A stretch of 64,000 nt of DNA from Syntrophales bacterium. GTDB taxonomy: Bacteria > Desulfobacterota > Syntrophia > Syntrophales > CG2-30-49-12. Below, in pieces: positions 24,857 to 35,794 of the stretch. The stretch spans positions 332 to 64,331 of the forward strand of contig JBAZOY010000006.1 in NCBI GenBank assembly GCA_041648505.1, given 5' to 3'. The translations under genes and the position numbers were made by a program. The notes below the pieces were generated by a model. That model saw only the letters and a list, made by a program, of their open reading frames with translations, made no database searches and was not told the DNA's origin. Every line of letters starts with the position of its first letter. Position 1 is the stretch's first letter.

Positions 24857-25555
24857 ATGGATCTGATTTTTGAAGGGATTAAAAAAGCCTTCTGGCTATT
24901 AGTAACTTTTGACCCGGAGGTGATGCATATCACCTTTCTTTCGCTCCGTGTTTCCGGAACAGCTACCCTTATCAGCCTACTGATAGGAGTCTCTATCGGG
25001 ACAGCCGTTGCGCTTTCAAGATTTCCGGGGAAAAGGGTGGTTGCAAGTCTCATCAATACGGGTATGGGACTTCCGCCAGTCGTGGTTGGTCTTTTCGTTA
25101 CCATTTTATTGTGGAGAAACGGGCCACTTGGACTGCTGGAAATCCTCTATACGCCCACCGCCATGATTATCGCTCAAACGATCATTGCCACACCTATTGT
25201 GATGGGTATCACGCTGGCCGCCATTCAGCAGCTTCCACAAAAACTACGACTTCAGATTCTTGGCCTCGGGGCAACTCGTCTCCAGATGGTCTGGATTCTT
25301 CTGAGAGAAGCCAAACTTCCGCTCCTGGCTGCCGTAATGGCTGGATTCGGCGGGGTAATCTCCGAAGTCGGCGCTTCTATCATGGTGGGGGGTAATATCA
25401 AGGGCTATTCACGAGTTCTTACCACAGCGACGGTTATGGAAACGAATCGGGGAAACTTTGATATTGCAATTGCCATGGGTATTATCCTTATGTTGTTTAC
25501 CTTTTTCGTTAATTTGATCCTCACCCAGATCCAGCAGAGAGAAAGGCCGCGATAA
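24857..25555 (+). CDS. tupB: ABC transporter permease, tungstate (TupB)-type
   Basis: 232 aa, 5-6 TM. The N-terminus MDLIFEGIKKAFWLL...DPEV and the GLPPVVVGL loop resemble COG4662 permeases (recollection). Confidence 0.6.
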   Translation: MDLIFEGIKKAFWLLVTFDPEVMHITFLSLRVSGTATLISLLIGVSIGTAVALSRFPGKRVVASLINTGMGLPPVVVGLFVTILLWRNGPLGLLEILYTPTAMIIAQTIIATPIVMGITLAAIQQLPQKLRLQILGLGATRLQMVWILLREAKLPLLAAVMAGFGGVISEVGASIMVGGNIKGYSRVLTTATVMETNRGNFDIAIAMGIILMLFTFFVNLILTQIQQRERPR

Positions 25556-25615
25556 AAACTGAGCGTGGATTGTGTCTGTTTGCCGGCAGACACAGTCGTG
25601 GTATCGGGAACGGGA

Positions 25616-26722
25616 ATGAATGTAAAAGAATTTAATCCGCTCATAGAGATTAAAAACCTTAAGGTTATAAGAGGAGGGACATTAATACTGAATGTCCCAT
25701 CCTTTTCAGTCCGGGAAGGTGAAGTTCTTTCCCTGATAGGACCGAATGGGGCGGGAAAGACCACTTTTCTCCAGACCCTGTCTTACATAGCGAAACCTTT
25801 TCAGGGTGAAATTCATTTCAGGGGAAAGAGGGTTGAGAAGGATCATTCCGTTTTAGAGTACCGAAGGAAACTGGCCATGGTATTTCAGGAGCCTCTTCTC
25901 TTTGATACAACTGTCTTTAACAACGTCGCAGCAGGTCTGAAAATTCGCGGAGTCAAGAAAAGAGAGATTCGTGAAAGAGTGATGAAGCAATTGGAGAGAT
26001 TAGGAATTAGTCGTCTCATAGATCGCTCTGCGAAAACACTTTCAGGAGGTGAGGCACAGAGAACGAGCCTGGCAAGGGCATTTGCCCTTGAACCGGAAAT
26101 TCTTCTCCTTGATGAACCTTTTATTTCCCTGGACCCTCCTACCCGTGATTCCCTGATTGAAGACTTTGAACTTATCCTTAAGAAAACTAAAACTACGGTG
26201 ATATTGGCTACTCATGATCGCCTGGAGGCCTTAAGGCTTTCAACACAGATGGCAGTGATGAATGAGGGAAGAATAATACAGGCGGGACTTCCTGAAGAGC
26301 TGATGAATCAACCTGTTAGTGAATGGGTGGCTTCATTTGTGGGAGTGGAGACAATTCTGAGCGGGGAGGTGGTTAAGCAGAATGGTGGAACCATCATCGT
26401 ATCAATTGAAGGTCAGGAGATCGAAGCCATAGGAGATTGCCGTTTGGGTGAGTCTGTTATTCTCTGTATTAGACCGGAAAATGTCACTCTTTCGACCCAC
26501 AACCATCACGAAAAGACAGTTACGGGGAATGTATTCCCGGGCAGGATTGTAAAGGCCATTCCCCTTGGTTTCTATCAAAAAGTTCATCTTAATTGCGGGT
26601 TTCCTCTCGTTGCCTATGTAACCAATCCTTCTCTCGAAGAATTATCTTCGGGGAAGGAAAAAGAGATAAGAGCTTCCTTTAAAGCCACTGCAGTTAACAT
26701 AGTAAAAAAGGAACTTTATTAA
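25616..26722 (+). CDS. ABC transporter ATP-binding protein with C-terminal TOBE-like domain (TupC/ModC-like)
   Basis: Walker A GPNGAGKTT, signature LSGGEAQR, Walker B LLLDEPF, plus an extra C-terminal beta domain of about 120 aa. Confidence 0.8.
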   Translation: MNVKEFNPLIEIKNLKVIRGGTLILNVPSFSVREGEVLSLIGPNGAGKTTFLQTLSYIAKPFQGEIHFRGKRVEKDHSVLEYRRKLAMVFQEPLLFDTTVFNNVAAGLKIRGVKKREIRERVMKQLERLGISRLIDRSAKTLSGGEAQRTSLARAFALEPEILLLDEPFISLDPPTRDSLIEDFELILKKTKTTVILATHDRLEALRLSTQMAVMNEGRIIQAGLPEELMNQPVSEWVASFVGVETILSGEVVKQNGGTIIVSIEGQEIEAIGDCRLGESVILCIRPENVTLSTHNHHEKTVTGNVFPGRIVKAIPLGFYQKVHLNCGFPLVAYVTNPSLEELSSGKEKEIRASFKATAVNIVKKELY

Positions 26723-26809
26723 ACCCATTCCTTCTCTATATTCAAGAATGTGCAACTTTAAGAATATAAAAACTTCCCGGTGCTCTCATGTTTTATGGCC
26801 TTTCTTTCT

Positions 26810-26838
26810 TGACACACAACCCTCTTTTCCTTATAATC
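26810..26838 (+). promoter_or_regulatory. Consensus sigma70 promoter for the MFS gene
   Basis: TTGACA (26810-26815), 17-nt spacer, TATAAT (26833-26838). Confidence 0.6.
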
Positions 26839-26869
26839 CCTCAACATAAAAGCGAGTCCTTATCAAACC

Positions 26870-28096
26870 ATGGCTGAAGCCGAAAAAGCCACCCCTCAAT
26901 CCTGTTCTCCTGCGCAGCAAAACGCCAATTGGCTGGATTCTCTTGGGTCTCTTCTTTATCTGGTTGGGATTTTTTTTATCAATTTCCTTTCCCGGGTTAT
27001 TTTGGGTCCTCTGCTGGTCGTTATTGAAAAAGACCTCCATCTTACCCACATGGAAGCCGGAGGCCTCTTTTTTTTCATTACGCTTGGGTACAGTTTCTCT
27101 ATCCTGGGGTCCGGCTATATTGCCTGCCGGTTGACCCATCGCCAGGTGATCTTTATTTCCGCCTTAGGTATGGGGATAGCGCAGTTTATCATTTCCCTTC
27201 ACCTGCCTCTTTGGGGTGTCCAGTTTTCTTTGCTGCTTCTTGGATTAACGACAGGAATCTATCTACCGTCCGGGATGGCGACCCTGACTTCGATCGTAAA
27301 ACCACAGCACTGGGGAAAAGCGGTGGCGGTTCATGAACTGGCTCCGAATTTAGGTTTTATAGCGGCCCCTTTCTTAGCGGAGGTTTTTCTACGCTGGTCT
27401 TCCTGGCGGGGACTCCTCCTGGTTTTCAGTGTTATTTCTATTCTGCTCGGATTAACGTATAACCGCTTCAGTAAAGGGGGAGATTTTTATGGGGAGGCAC
27501 CTACTCTGAAGGTGGTCTCGGGTTTATTCAGAAACCCCTCCTTCTGGACCATGATGGTCATGTTTGGATTGGGTATTGCAACCAGTTTTGGCCTTTACTC
27601 TATGTTGCCCCTTTTTCTGGTGAGCGGACGCGGATTGGAACGTACCTGGGCCAACACACTCATTGCTCTGTCACGTATAACCAGTTTGTTTATCGCCTTT
27701 GCTGCCGGGTGGTTTGTCGACCGCTGGGGTGTAAAGAAATCTCTGTCTGTTTTTTTTGGTGCAACGGGGATTCTGACTATTATGGTAGGGATATTTACCG
27801 GTTCCTGGCTGACGATTGTAGTCTTCCTTCAGCCTCTGGTGGCCGTTTGTTTTTTCCCTGCCGGATTTACAGCCATCAGCCGGGTTGGCCCACCAGAGCT
27901 TCGTAATGTAGCGGTGTCTGTTACCATCTCCCTGGGGTATGTTTTTGGCGGCGGGTTCATTCCCACTTTTATAGGTTGGGCCGGAGAACATGGATCTTTT
28001 GCCGGCGGAATTATTGGAACAGGTTTGTTCACCCTGCTTTGTCTGCCATTGATCCGGAAATTGAAATTAACCGCTATTACCGATCAAAAGCAATAA
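26870..28096 (+). CDS. MFS transporter
   Basis: 408 aa with about 12 hydrophobic segments in a typical two-times-six-helix layout. Confidence 0.8.
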   Translation: MAEAEKATPQSCSPAQQNANWLDSLGSLLYLVGIFFINFLSRVILGPLLVVIEKDLHLTHMEAGGLFFFITLGYSFSILGSGYIACRLTHRQVIFISALGMGIAQFIISLHLPLWGVQFSLLLLGLTTGIYLPSGMATLTSIVKPQHWGKAVAVHELAPNLGFIAAPFLAEVFLRWSSWRGLLLVFSVISILLGLTYNRFSKGGDFYGEAPTLKVVSGLFRNPSFWTMMVMFGLGIATSFGLYSMLPLFLVSGRGLERTWANTLIALSRITSLFIAFAAGWFVDRWGVKKSLSVFFGATGILTIMVGIFTGSWLTIVVFLQPLVAVCFFPAGFTAISRVGPPELRNVAVSVTISLGYVFGGGFIPTFIGWAGEHGSFAGGIIGTGLFTLLCLPLIRKLKLTAITDQKQ

Positions 28097-28235
28097 TTCC
28101 AATAGAAAAGCAAGCATTTATCTCGGCGGATTTCTTCATACTCCACTCGTGAGGTTATCAATACTGAGCCGAATTCCCTTGGCAGCATATTCAGTTTTAG
28201 ATATACACTTTTATATATTCATCAGGAGAATAGTG

Positions 28236-28784
28236 ATGTCCATTAAATACGCCATGCTTGGTATCCTGGCCGAAAGGGATCTGCACGGCTATGAGTTAAA
28301 AAGCAGCTTTGACGAGAAGGTCGGTGAGTTTTGGAGTCTGAACTACGGCCAGATTTATTCCACACTTGATCGTCTCGAAAAGGAGGCCCTCGTTACCTAT
28401 GACCGGCAGGCACAGGATAAGCGGCCGGACCGAAAGATTTTCAGCATAACTACGAAAGGCCGGAAGGAACTGGATGAATGGCTTTCAACGCCGGTAACCA
28501 GGGTACGGGCGCTGCGCGACGAATTATTTATCAAACTCGTGTTCATGGACAAGAATAATCCTGCCCCCGTTCTGGAACTGATCGAAAAGCAAAAAATTTT
28601 ATACCTTAAGCAGATGAACCGGCTTACTCACCAAAAAGTGGCGCTTAAAAAGGAAGCCAAAAGTCTTGACACCATTGCTACGGAACTGCTGATGGATGCG
28701 GGACTCTTTCACGCCGAGGCGGATATCAAGTGGCTGACCCTGTGCGAGTCGAAGATCAAGGCAGCTACTGTGAAAAAGAATTGA
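28236..28784 (+). CDS. PadR family transcriptional regulator
   Basis: MLGILAERDLHGYELKS...WSLNYGQIYSTLDRLEKEALV. AGGAG RBS before ATG 28236. Confidence 0.85.
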   Translation: MSIKYAMLGILAERDLHGYELKSSFDEKVGEFWSLNYGQIYSTLDRLEKEALVTYDRQAQDKRPDRKIFSITTKGRKELDEWLSTPVTRVRALRDELFIKLVFMDKNNPAPVLELIEKQKILYLKQMNRLTHQKVALKKEAKSLDTIATELLMDAGLFHAEADIKWLTLCESKIKAATVKKN

Positions 28785-28804
28785 GGAATTGAGGAGGTTG
28801 AATC

Positions 28805-29495
28805 ATGATCGAACTGAAGAATGCCGGTAAGAAATATCAGCAGGGTGAGCGTGAGGTTCATGCGTTGCGGAATGTTTCTCTCTTTATCAAAAAAAGGTGA
28901 GTTTTTGAGCATCATGGGACCGAGTGGTTCCGGGAAGAGCACGCTCCTGAATCTTATGGGAGGTCTGGACCAGCCGACATCCGGTGAGGTATTTATCGAC
29001 AATAAGCCGCTCCATGGAATCAAGGACGACGAGCTCACCCTTATCAGGCGCAGACGGGTTGGATATATTTTTCAGTTTTTTAACCTTCTCCCTTTGCTCA
29101 CGGCGGCCGAAAACATAGGCTTGCCGCTTTTGCTGGAAGGCATTCCCTTTTCAGAGATCAGACCCAGGGCCGAATTACTCTTGCAGAAAGTTGGTCTGGG
29201 AGAGCGATACGAACACCGGCCGGAACAGCTTTCAGGCGGGGAGATGCAGCGGGTCGCTATTGCCCGTGCACTGATAGCGAGCCCTGCCGTTCTTCTCGCA
29301 GATGAGCCTACCGGCAATCTCGATTCCCATACCAGTGAAGAAATATTCCTCCTCCTAAAATCTTTTAACGAACATGGCCAGACCATCGTGATGGTAACGC
29401 ATGACCCCAAAGCTGCGGCCTACGGCACGCGCATTATCACGCTCAAGGACGGCGCGCTGTCGGAAGATATTTCCATAGGGGGGGCTGCAATATGA
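28805..29495 (+). pseudogene. MacB/LolD-type ABC ATP-binding protein, +1 frameshift in an A7 run (possibly an assembly artefact)
   Basis: MIELKNAGKKYQQGEREVHALRNVSLFIKK is in frame 1 up to A7 (28880-28886). [30 protein letters not shown] continues in the next frame. Confidence 0.8.
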
Positions 29496-32085
29496 ACCTC
29501 GGGAATCTGCTCCGTTACATCAGTCTCAAACACGTAAAGCTTCAGAAAGTGCAGTTGCTTATGGCTATATCCGGCATCTGCCTGGGTGTGGCCGCCATGG
29601 TTTCGATTGATATTGTAAACCGGAGCGTACTCCACTCATTCGAGGATTCCATCAATCACATCACCGGCCGCGCTGCTCTTCAAGTTACCGGCGCGGAATC
29701 GGGATTTCCGGAAGCAATGCTCGAACAGGTTCAAAACGTCCCCGGAGTTGAATATGCTGTGCCTGTGATAGAGACCAACGCCAATCTCTCGGGAGGAAGT
29801 GAACGATCTTTAATGATCCTCGGCGTCGATGTGTTGCAGGACAATCAAATCCGAGACTATGACATTACGGACGAAAGCGCCGATATTCCGGACCCTCTTC
29901 TGTTTCTTGCCAAACGCGATTCCATTCTTATTACCCGCACTATGGCGGAACGTGAAGGAATGAAGATCGACCAGGAGATCAAGGTCCAGACCGTGGCCGG
30001 CATAAAGACGTTCAAGGTGCGAGGTCTTCTCAATCCCGAAGGTCCGGCGAAAGTGGCGGGGGGAGACATCGCGATCATGGATGTCTATGCGGCACAGATG
30101 GCCTTTGGAAAGGAAGGCCGCATCGACCGGATAGATATAAGCTTTTTGCCTGGAGAGAAGCTCGATGTCATGAAGGAGCGCATTCAGGATGTATTTCCGA
30201 AAGGTTACAGTGTGGACACACCGGCCGCAAGGACCAGACAGGTCGAGATGCTTCTCAACCGCTTCCGTAAAAGCATAGGACTCATAAGCTTGATGGCCGT
30301 ATTTGTCGGCATGTACCTCATCTACAACGCGGTTTCTATCTCGGTGGTTCAACGCAGGAAGGAGATCGGCATCCTGCGCGCTCTCGGTGCCCGAAGAGGT
30401 GAGGTCGTAGGGCTTTTCCTGGGAGAGACGATCGCGATCTCCATCCTCGGCTCTCTTATGGGCGTCGTCCTGGGCCTTGTCTTTGCCAAACTGACCATAG
30501 GTGTGGTTGCCCAGAGTGTAACAGAGATGTTTTTAAAGACGTCTGTCAACGGTCTCGCTTTCTCGTGGAAGGATGTTGTCCAGGGTGTGAGTGTCGGAAT
30601 AGTTGCCAGTTTAGCCGCAAGCAGTGTTCCCCGCCGTTTCAAGCGCTCGAATCACACCCATTTCCGCCATACGTGCCGTTCCCTATGCGGGAGATGGAAA
30701 GCTGTTCTCCAGAAAGATAAAAATCGCCTCGGCTCTCTCCATTCTCATATCCGCTCTCATCTTTGCAGCCTATAAGACGGTGGATGTCTCCTCGGCCATC
30801 AGAAGTTCCGCTACCATATTCGCATCGGTGATCTTTCTCATGCTCGGCGTATCGCTCTTTACACCGGTTTTCCTCAAGTGGTTTACAACCTTTTTCCCGT
30901 ATCTTCTTTTCATCGCGCCTCGGTGTGGAAGGCAAGCTCGCGGGTCTGAACCTGCAAAAAAACATATCGAGGAACGCCGTGGCGGTCGCCGCCATTTTTT
31001 TCAGCATCGCCTTGTTTGTCAGTTCGGCAAATGTGGTCAATACCGCGCGAAAATCCATCTTTGACTGGCTGGATTCCATAGTGCGCGCTGATATCCTGGT
31101 GAGTTCCGGACACCCTCTGGCTACAGGTGGAACTCCCTTCATTCCCATGCCCCCCGAAATCTTGAAAGAGATCGAGGAAATACCGGGCGTGCTCTCGGCG
31201 GAACCATACCGTAAAGGATACTTGAACTACAATGGAAGGAAAGTCCTGCTTGAGATATTTGACGTGGCTCTTAGAATGGAATACTGCCCGGGCATGTTCA
31301 CGGAAGGCACCAGAGAGGAGGTGGTCCGGCTGGTACCCGGCAGGGACAATATCTTCGTGAACGAAGGATTTGCAGCCAGATACCGGATAAAGCCGGGAGA
31401 CTCTCTCCTTCTTCCAACTCCCAACGGGATGGTGCGCTTCGGAGTGGCCGCCATCGCCGTAAGCTACTCTTCGGACTCGGGCGTTGTCTGGATGGATATA
31501 AACACCTATCGTCGCCACTGGCAGGATAATCTGGTTGATATCTACGAGGTGCGTGTTAAATCAGGGGAGGATATCTCAAGCGTGCGCGGGGCGATTCTGA
31601 AGAAAATGGGTAAAGAGAGAAAGCTGTTTGCCCTGGACGCCGCCGATTTCAAAGTGGAGGTAAAAAAGATACTTAACCGTTCTTTTGCTGTAAGCAATGC
31701 GGTTAACATCATTACCTTGATTATTGCGGGCTTCGGAATCGTGGTCACACTCTTTGCCTCCGTTCTCGAGCGGACACGCGAAATTGGAGTTTTGCGATCT
31801 ATAGGTATGAAGAGAAGACAGGTCTCCGGCGTCGTGATCATCGAGTCGGCACTGATCGGCGTTGCGGGAGGGTTACTAGGTTCAGTTACGGGGATGCTGG
31901 TAGGCTGGCTGGAACTTGAGGGTTTTTTCCGGCCCGATTTCGGCGCAAGCCTTACCTACCATATTCATTATGCGTCCATTGCCTGGGCGCTTTTGCTCTC
32001 CGCCGGGCTTTCGGCTATTGCTGGTCTCTATCCCGCACGTCGGGCGGCGAAAACTAACATCGTAGAGGCACTGGCTTATGAATAG
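29492..32085 (+). pseudogene. Double-FtsX-domain ABC permease (about 860 aa) interrupted by two frameshifts
   Basis: Three consecutive frames carry one continuous protein. The junctions are near 30621 (LAAS / VFPAVSSARITPISAIR) and 30891-30898 (a T5C3 run; ..TTFF / RIFFSSRLGVEGKLAGLNL). Confidence 0.8.
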
Positions 32086-32135
32086 ATTGAGGATCATGGA
32101 TTGCATATCGAATAGCGATCGTATTTATTCTTTTT

Positions 32136-32894
32136 GTGTTATGCGCTCTTGTAATAACCGTGTTTTCAATATCTTCTGTCTATGCCATGTCCGGCCTGGA
32201 TGTGTATGAGAAGGTGCATGAGGTACGGTCCAGATCGCTCGACCGGAAGACGGAAGCCACCATGGTACTGTTTGACAGGGGCGGCGGCAGGCGCACCCGC
32301 ACTCTTGTTGAATACAGTAAAAAGGCTGGTCCGGAATCCTACAAGGTTCTTGTAGTCTTTGAAACACCCCCTGATCTGAAAGATGTAGGTTTTCTGGTCC
32401 ACGCACGCACGTTCTCAGATCGTGATTTATGGGCGTACTTTCCCGAATTCAAACGCATCCGGCGTATATCTACAAAGTCACAGGACGATTCATTCTTCGG
32501 TTCCGATTTTTCGTACGATGATTTTTCCGGTCCGCCAAACCTTGACGATTATTCATTCAAGATTTTAAGAGAGGATGTCATGGACGGTAAACCATGCTAC
32601 GTGGTCGAGGTAATTCCCAAAATTCACCGGAAGTATTCACGGTATGTAGCCTGGGTGGCGAAGGAGCTCTGGATCCACCTGAAGATAGAATATTATCAGG
32701 AGAAGGAACTTTACCGCGGAGGGACGTTCAGGGATGTACAAGTAGTGGACGGCATCCCTACACCCTTCAAGATGTTGATGGAGAACAAAAAAACGGGGCA
32801 CAAGACAGAGCTCACTATCGAGGGTATTAAATACCATACCCGGTTCCCCGACGATCTCTTCACCCAGCAATCGCTCGAAAGAGCGGGAAGATGA
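32136..32894 (+). CDS. LolA-like outer-membrane lipoprotein-sorting protein
   Basis: Signal peptide. Motifs DLWAYFPEFKRIRRIS and FFGSDFSYDDF are typical of the LolA_like family found next to FtsX exporters. Confidence 0.7.
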   Translation: MLCALVITVFSISSVYAMSGLDVYEKVHEVRSRSLDRKTEATMVLFDRGGGRRTRTLVEYSKKAGPESYKVLVVFETPPDLKDVGFLVHARTFSDRDLWAYFPEFKRIRRISTKSQDDSFFGSDFSYDDFSGPPNLDDYSFKILREDVMDGKPCYVVEVIPKIHRKYSRYVAWVAKELWIHLKIEYYQEKELYRGGTFRDVQVVDGIPTPFKMLMENKKTGHKTELTIEGIKYHTRFPDDLFTQQSLERAGR

Positions 32895-32898
32895 AGTA

Positions 32899-34365
32899 AT
32901 GTATTTCATATCCGCTTTCCGAAAATCGATAGAGCGCACAGAGATCACAGAGTTCTTCTTTCAGTTTTTGAGAAGACTTTGTCTCTGCGGGCTCTGCAAG
33001 AAATACATTGGTTTGGCTTTCTCCTTGTTATTCCTTATAGTTAGTGCCGTTACCCTCTATGCTGCCGATTACCTTTCCGTCGCGGGACGGCTGAGTCTGT
33101 GGGGTGCGTATGCGCTTGACAACGACAGTATCAAAGAAGATCCAAGCCTGACCGGCAGGATTAAAATCGATGCGCAGAAATCTGAATGGCGTCTTCATGC
33201 CTGGACTGAAGGAGGTTGGGAAGGGACGGTGCGCAGTCCGCGGCAAGACCATTCAATTTTCAAGAACTTCGATGAGGTATATCAGGACAATACCCCATAC
33301 CTTGAGTTCAAGGAGCTTTACATGGAACGTTCGCTCCAGAGCATCGATTTCAGGATCGGGATTCAGCGCTTTGCCTGGGGAAGGCTTGACGAATATCCCG
33401 TGAATGATCTCTTCAATCCCTGGGATTACACGCAGTTTATCGTAAGACCGTTGGAAGAAAGAAAAATCGGTGTCCCGTCCCTTTCAGCGGGCATGAGCCG
33501 AACGGACTGGAGATATGAGGTGGTTTGGGTCCCGTGGTTTGTGCCTTACCGCCTTTCCAAGCCCAATGAGAGGTGGTCGCTTATTCCGGCGGGAACGGCC
33601 CTTTCGGAGGTCCCGAATGCCGAAGTTATTCCGCAGGAGCCTGATCTGCCTGCGAGAAAGCTCGAAAACAGTTCCGTCGGGTTTCGCATACAGCGTATGG
33701 GTGAGATCGAGTGGGCGGTGAATCTTTTTCACGGTTTTGATCCGCGTCCCCTATTCAGAACCACAACGCTCCACATTACAGAGCAAGGGGGGAAACTTCT
33801 TATCGATCCGGGATTTGTCCCCTCGTTCCATAAGATCACGTCGCTGGGGATGGATGCTGCCGCGGTAAAAGACGACTGGAGCCTGAGAGCCGAGGCTGCA
33901 TACACATTCAACCGGCCTTTCAATATGCGCCAGGAGCTCTGGGGATATCCACAAGCACCATGTTCCGGCGTAACTTCCTTGAACCCCGTCGAGATAGAGA
34001 AGGACGCCCTCGACTATGGAATTGCTGCCGACTATCGCCTCTTTGAGGATGGTCTTCTGACTATACAGGCGCAGCAGGCCGTGATCTTTGACCGGCCCGC
34101 CACGTTGTATGACCACTCAGTTGAAACCATACTCTGGGGCAACTTCAAGGTCGGCTGGATGAACCGGAAGCTTGAAACGAACATCAATCTCGCTTACAAC
34201 CCCGAACATGGTGATAGTTTGGTGAAGGCAAATGCATATTACGTTTTTACCGACACATGGAAGGCAGGCGTTACAGCTCTCCTGTTGGATGGCCCCCCGC
34301 AGTCAATATTTGGAAGATATGCAGAAAATGATCAGATCATGATGGAAGGGGTTTATTCGTGGTAG
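32899..34365 (+). CDS. Putative outer-membrane beta-barrel protein
   Basis: 488 aa with alternating aromatic/polar beta-strand pattern and a C-terminal ...GVYSW. Conserved position after the LolA-like gene. Confidence 0.45.
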   Translation: MYFISAFRKSIERTEITEFFFQFLRRLCLCGLCKKYIGLAFSLLFLIVSAVTLYAADYLSVAGRLSLWGAYALDNDSIKEDPSLTGRIKIDAQKSEWRLHAWTEGGWEGTVRSPRQDHSIFKNFDEVYQDNTPYLEFKELYMERSLQSIDFRIGIQRFAWGRLDEYPVNDLFNPWDYTQFIVRPLEERKIGVPSLSAGMSRTDWRYEVVWVPWFVPYRLSKPNERWSLIPAGTALSEVPNAEVIPQEPDLPARKLENSSVGFRIQRMGEIEWAVNLFHGFDPRPLFRTTTLHITEQGGKLLIDPGFVPSFHKITSLGMDAAAVKDDWSLRAEAAYTFNRPFNMRQELWGYPQAPCSGVTSLNPVEIEKDALDYGIAADYRLFEDGLLTIQAQQAVIFDRPATLYDHSVETILWGNFKVGWMNRKLETNINLAYNPEHGDSLVKANAYYVFTDTWKAGVTALLLDGPPQSIFGRYAENDQIMMEGVYSW

Positions 34366-34461
34366 CAGGTCTACGGAAAAGTTGCTCAGGGTTTGGGACA
34401 ATATCCAAAGATATCTCGAGCGGCTGGTTTGTTGACCGCTGGGGCGCAAGAAAAGCTACGG

Positions 34462-34977
34462 CTATTTTTCGATTCCTTCTCTTGCCTGCACTCCGTTCTG
34501 ATAGTAATGCTTGATCTCTCTCATCTCCGTTACCAGATCGGCCTCGGCGATAACCCTTGGATCGGCCTTTCTTCCGGTAATGACCAGTTCCACATTTTCC
34601 GGTTTTGCATGAATCAGATCCAGAAGATCATCCACTGAAAATAATTCGAAGTAGGTGGCGATATTGGCCTCGTCAAGGATGATCAGTTGATATTGACCAC
34701 TGCACATGATATCCCATACCTCTTTAAGTCCTTCCCGGGCAAGCTTCCTGTCCTCTTCGTCCGGTGCTCGGGTGATAAAACAGTCCCGGCCGTACTGTTT
34801 GATCACAATGGAATCGGCAAATTTTTTCAGAGAAATCAATTCGCTGTATTTCATTCCCTTGACAAATTGAGCGATATACACCTTGAGATCAGCACCGACG
34901 GCGCGTAGCGCGAGACCCAGCGCTGCAGTTGTCTTTCCTTTCCCGTCTCCTGTGTAAACCTGAACGTACCCTTTCAT
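34462..34977 (-). CDS. cobO: Cob(I)yrinic acid a,c-diamide adenosyltransferase
   Basis: 171 aa with YTGDGKGKTTAALGLALRA and DEANIA motifs. Confidence 0.9.
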   Translation of the reverse strand: MKGYVQVYTGDGKGKTTAALGLALRAVGADLKVYIAQFVKGMKYSELISLKKFADSIVIKQYGRDCFITRAPDEEDRKLAREGLKEVWDIMCSGQYQLIILDEANIATYFELFSVDDLLDLIHAKPENVELVITGRKADPRVIAEADLVTEMREIKHYYQNGVQAREGIEK

Positions 34978-35122
34978 TTTTATCTCCCTTTGATTTTTAA
35001 TATCCCAAAAAGTAAGGATTCAAAGCATAAAGACCAACCGTTTTACAGAGAAGACATCATTAAGGTGGTGGAAGTTCTAGAAACGCTCCATATCAACCAG
35101 ACCCGGATAGTTTTATGCTCTG

Positions 35123-35794
35123 TTACATTAATTCACATTCCGATATGTCTAGAAAGGAAAGTTCCCCCCGGGGAATCTTTTCAGATTTCAGAATCTTCAA
35201 TTTTTTCTTGAACATGGGTCCCGATAGCACAAAGGTATGATATTCACCACCCTCCCCGGAGATATCAACACCGCTGACCTTGGAGATTTCTGTAACGAAA
35301 TCGTTATCAATAATGCGTCCCAGCCATTCCTGCCCCAGCAAATCATTTCTTGTAGCTACAATAACGGTTTCAAATCCTGTTTCTAACAATTCCTGTATTA
35401 AATGTTCTCTATTCGTCTCTCCCCAGAGAGGTAAGACAGCCTTAATCCCCGATTCTCTACTGACCCGTTCCACCCATTCACGGTGCTCTTCAAGGTCAAT
35501 ATCTCCAAATATACCTACCTCAATCTCTTTTTCTTTAAGAGAGGAGAGGGTCTTCTTAAATTCTGCCTCATAGCTTTCCCACGAACTCCTGACCTGAACA
35601 ACAGGAAGCCCCATTGCTTCCCCTTGCATCTGTAAGATGTTTGTCCTGACGCCGTGAGAGCGACAACGGGTACCATCTTCTATGATCATATTCAGGAGGC
35701 AGGTAACATTAAAGTCCTCTCTTGCCCTGTAGCAGGCGAGGGCACTATCCTTTCCCCCGCTCCACGAAACAAATGCTTTTAACTTGTTTTCCAT
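35123..35794 (-). CDS. PP-loop ATPase of the DUF71 / Dph6 (diphthine-ammonia ligase)-like family
   Basis: SWSGGKDSALACY PP-loop; 223 aa. Overlaps the upstream gene by 16 nt. Confidence 0.7.
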   Translation of the reverse strand: MENKLKAFVSWSGGKDSALACYRAREDFNVTCLLNMIIEDGTRCRSHGVRTNILQMQGEAMGLPVVQVRSSWESYEAEFKKTLSSLKEKEIEVGIFGDIDLEEHREWVERVSRESGIKAVLPLWGETNREHLIQELLETGFETVIVATRNDLLGQEWLGRIIDNDFVTEISKVSGVDISGEGGEYHTFVLSGPMFKKKLKILKSEKIPRGELSFLDISECELM

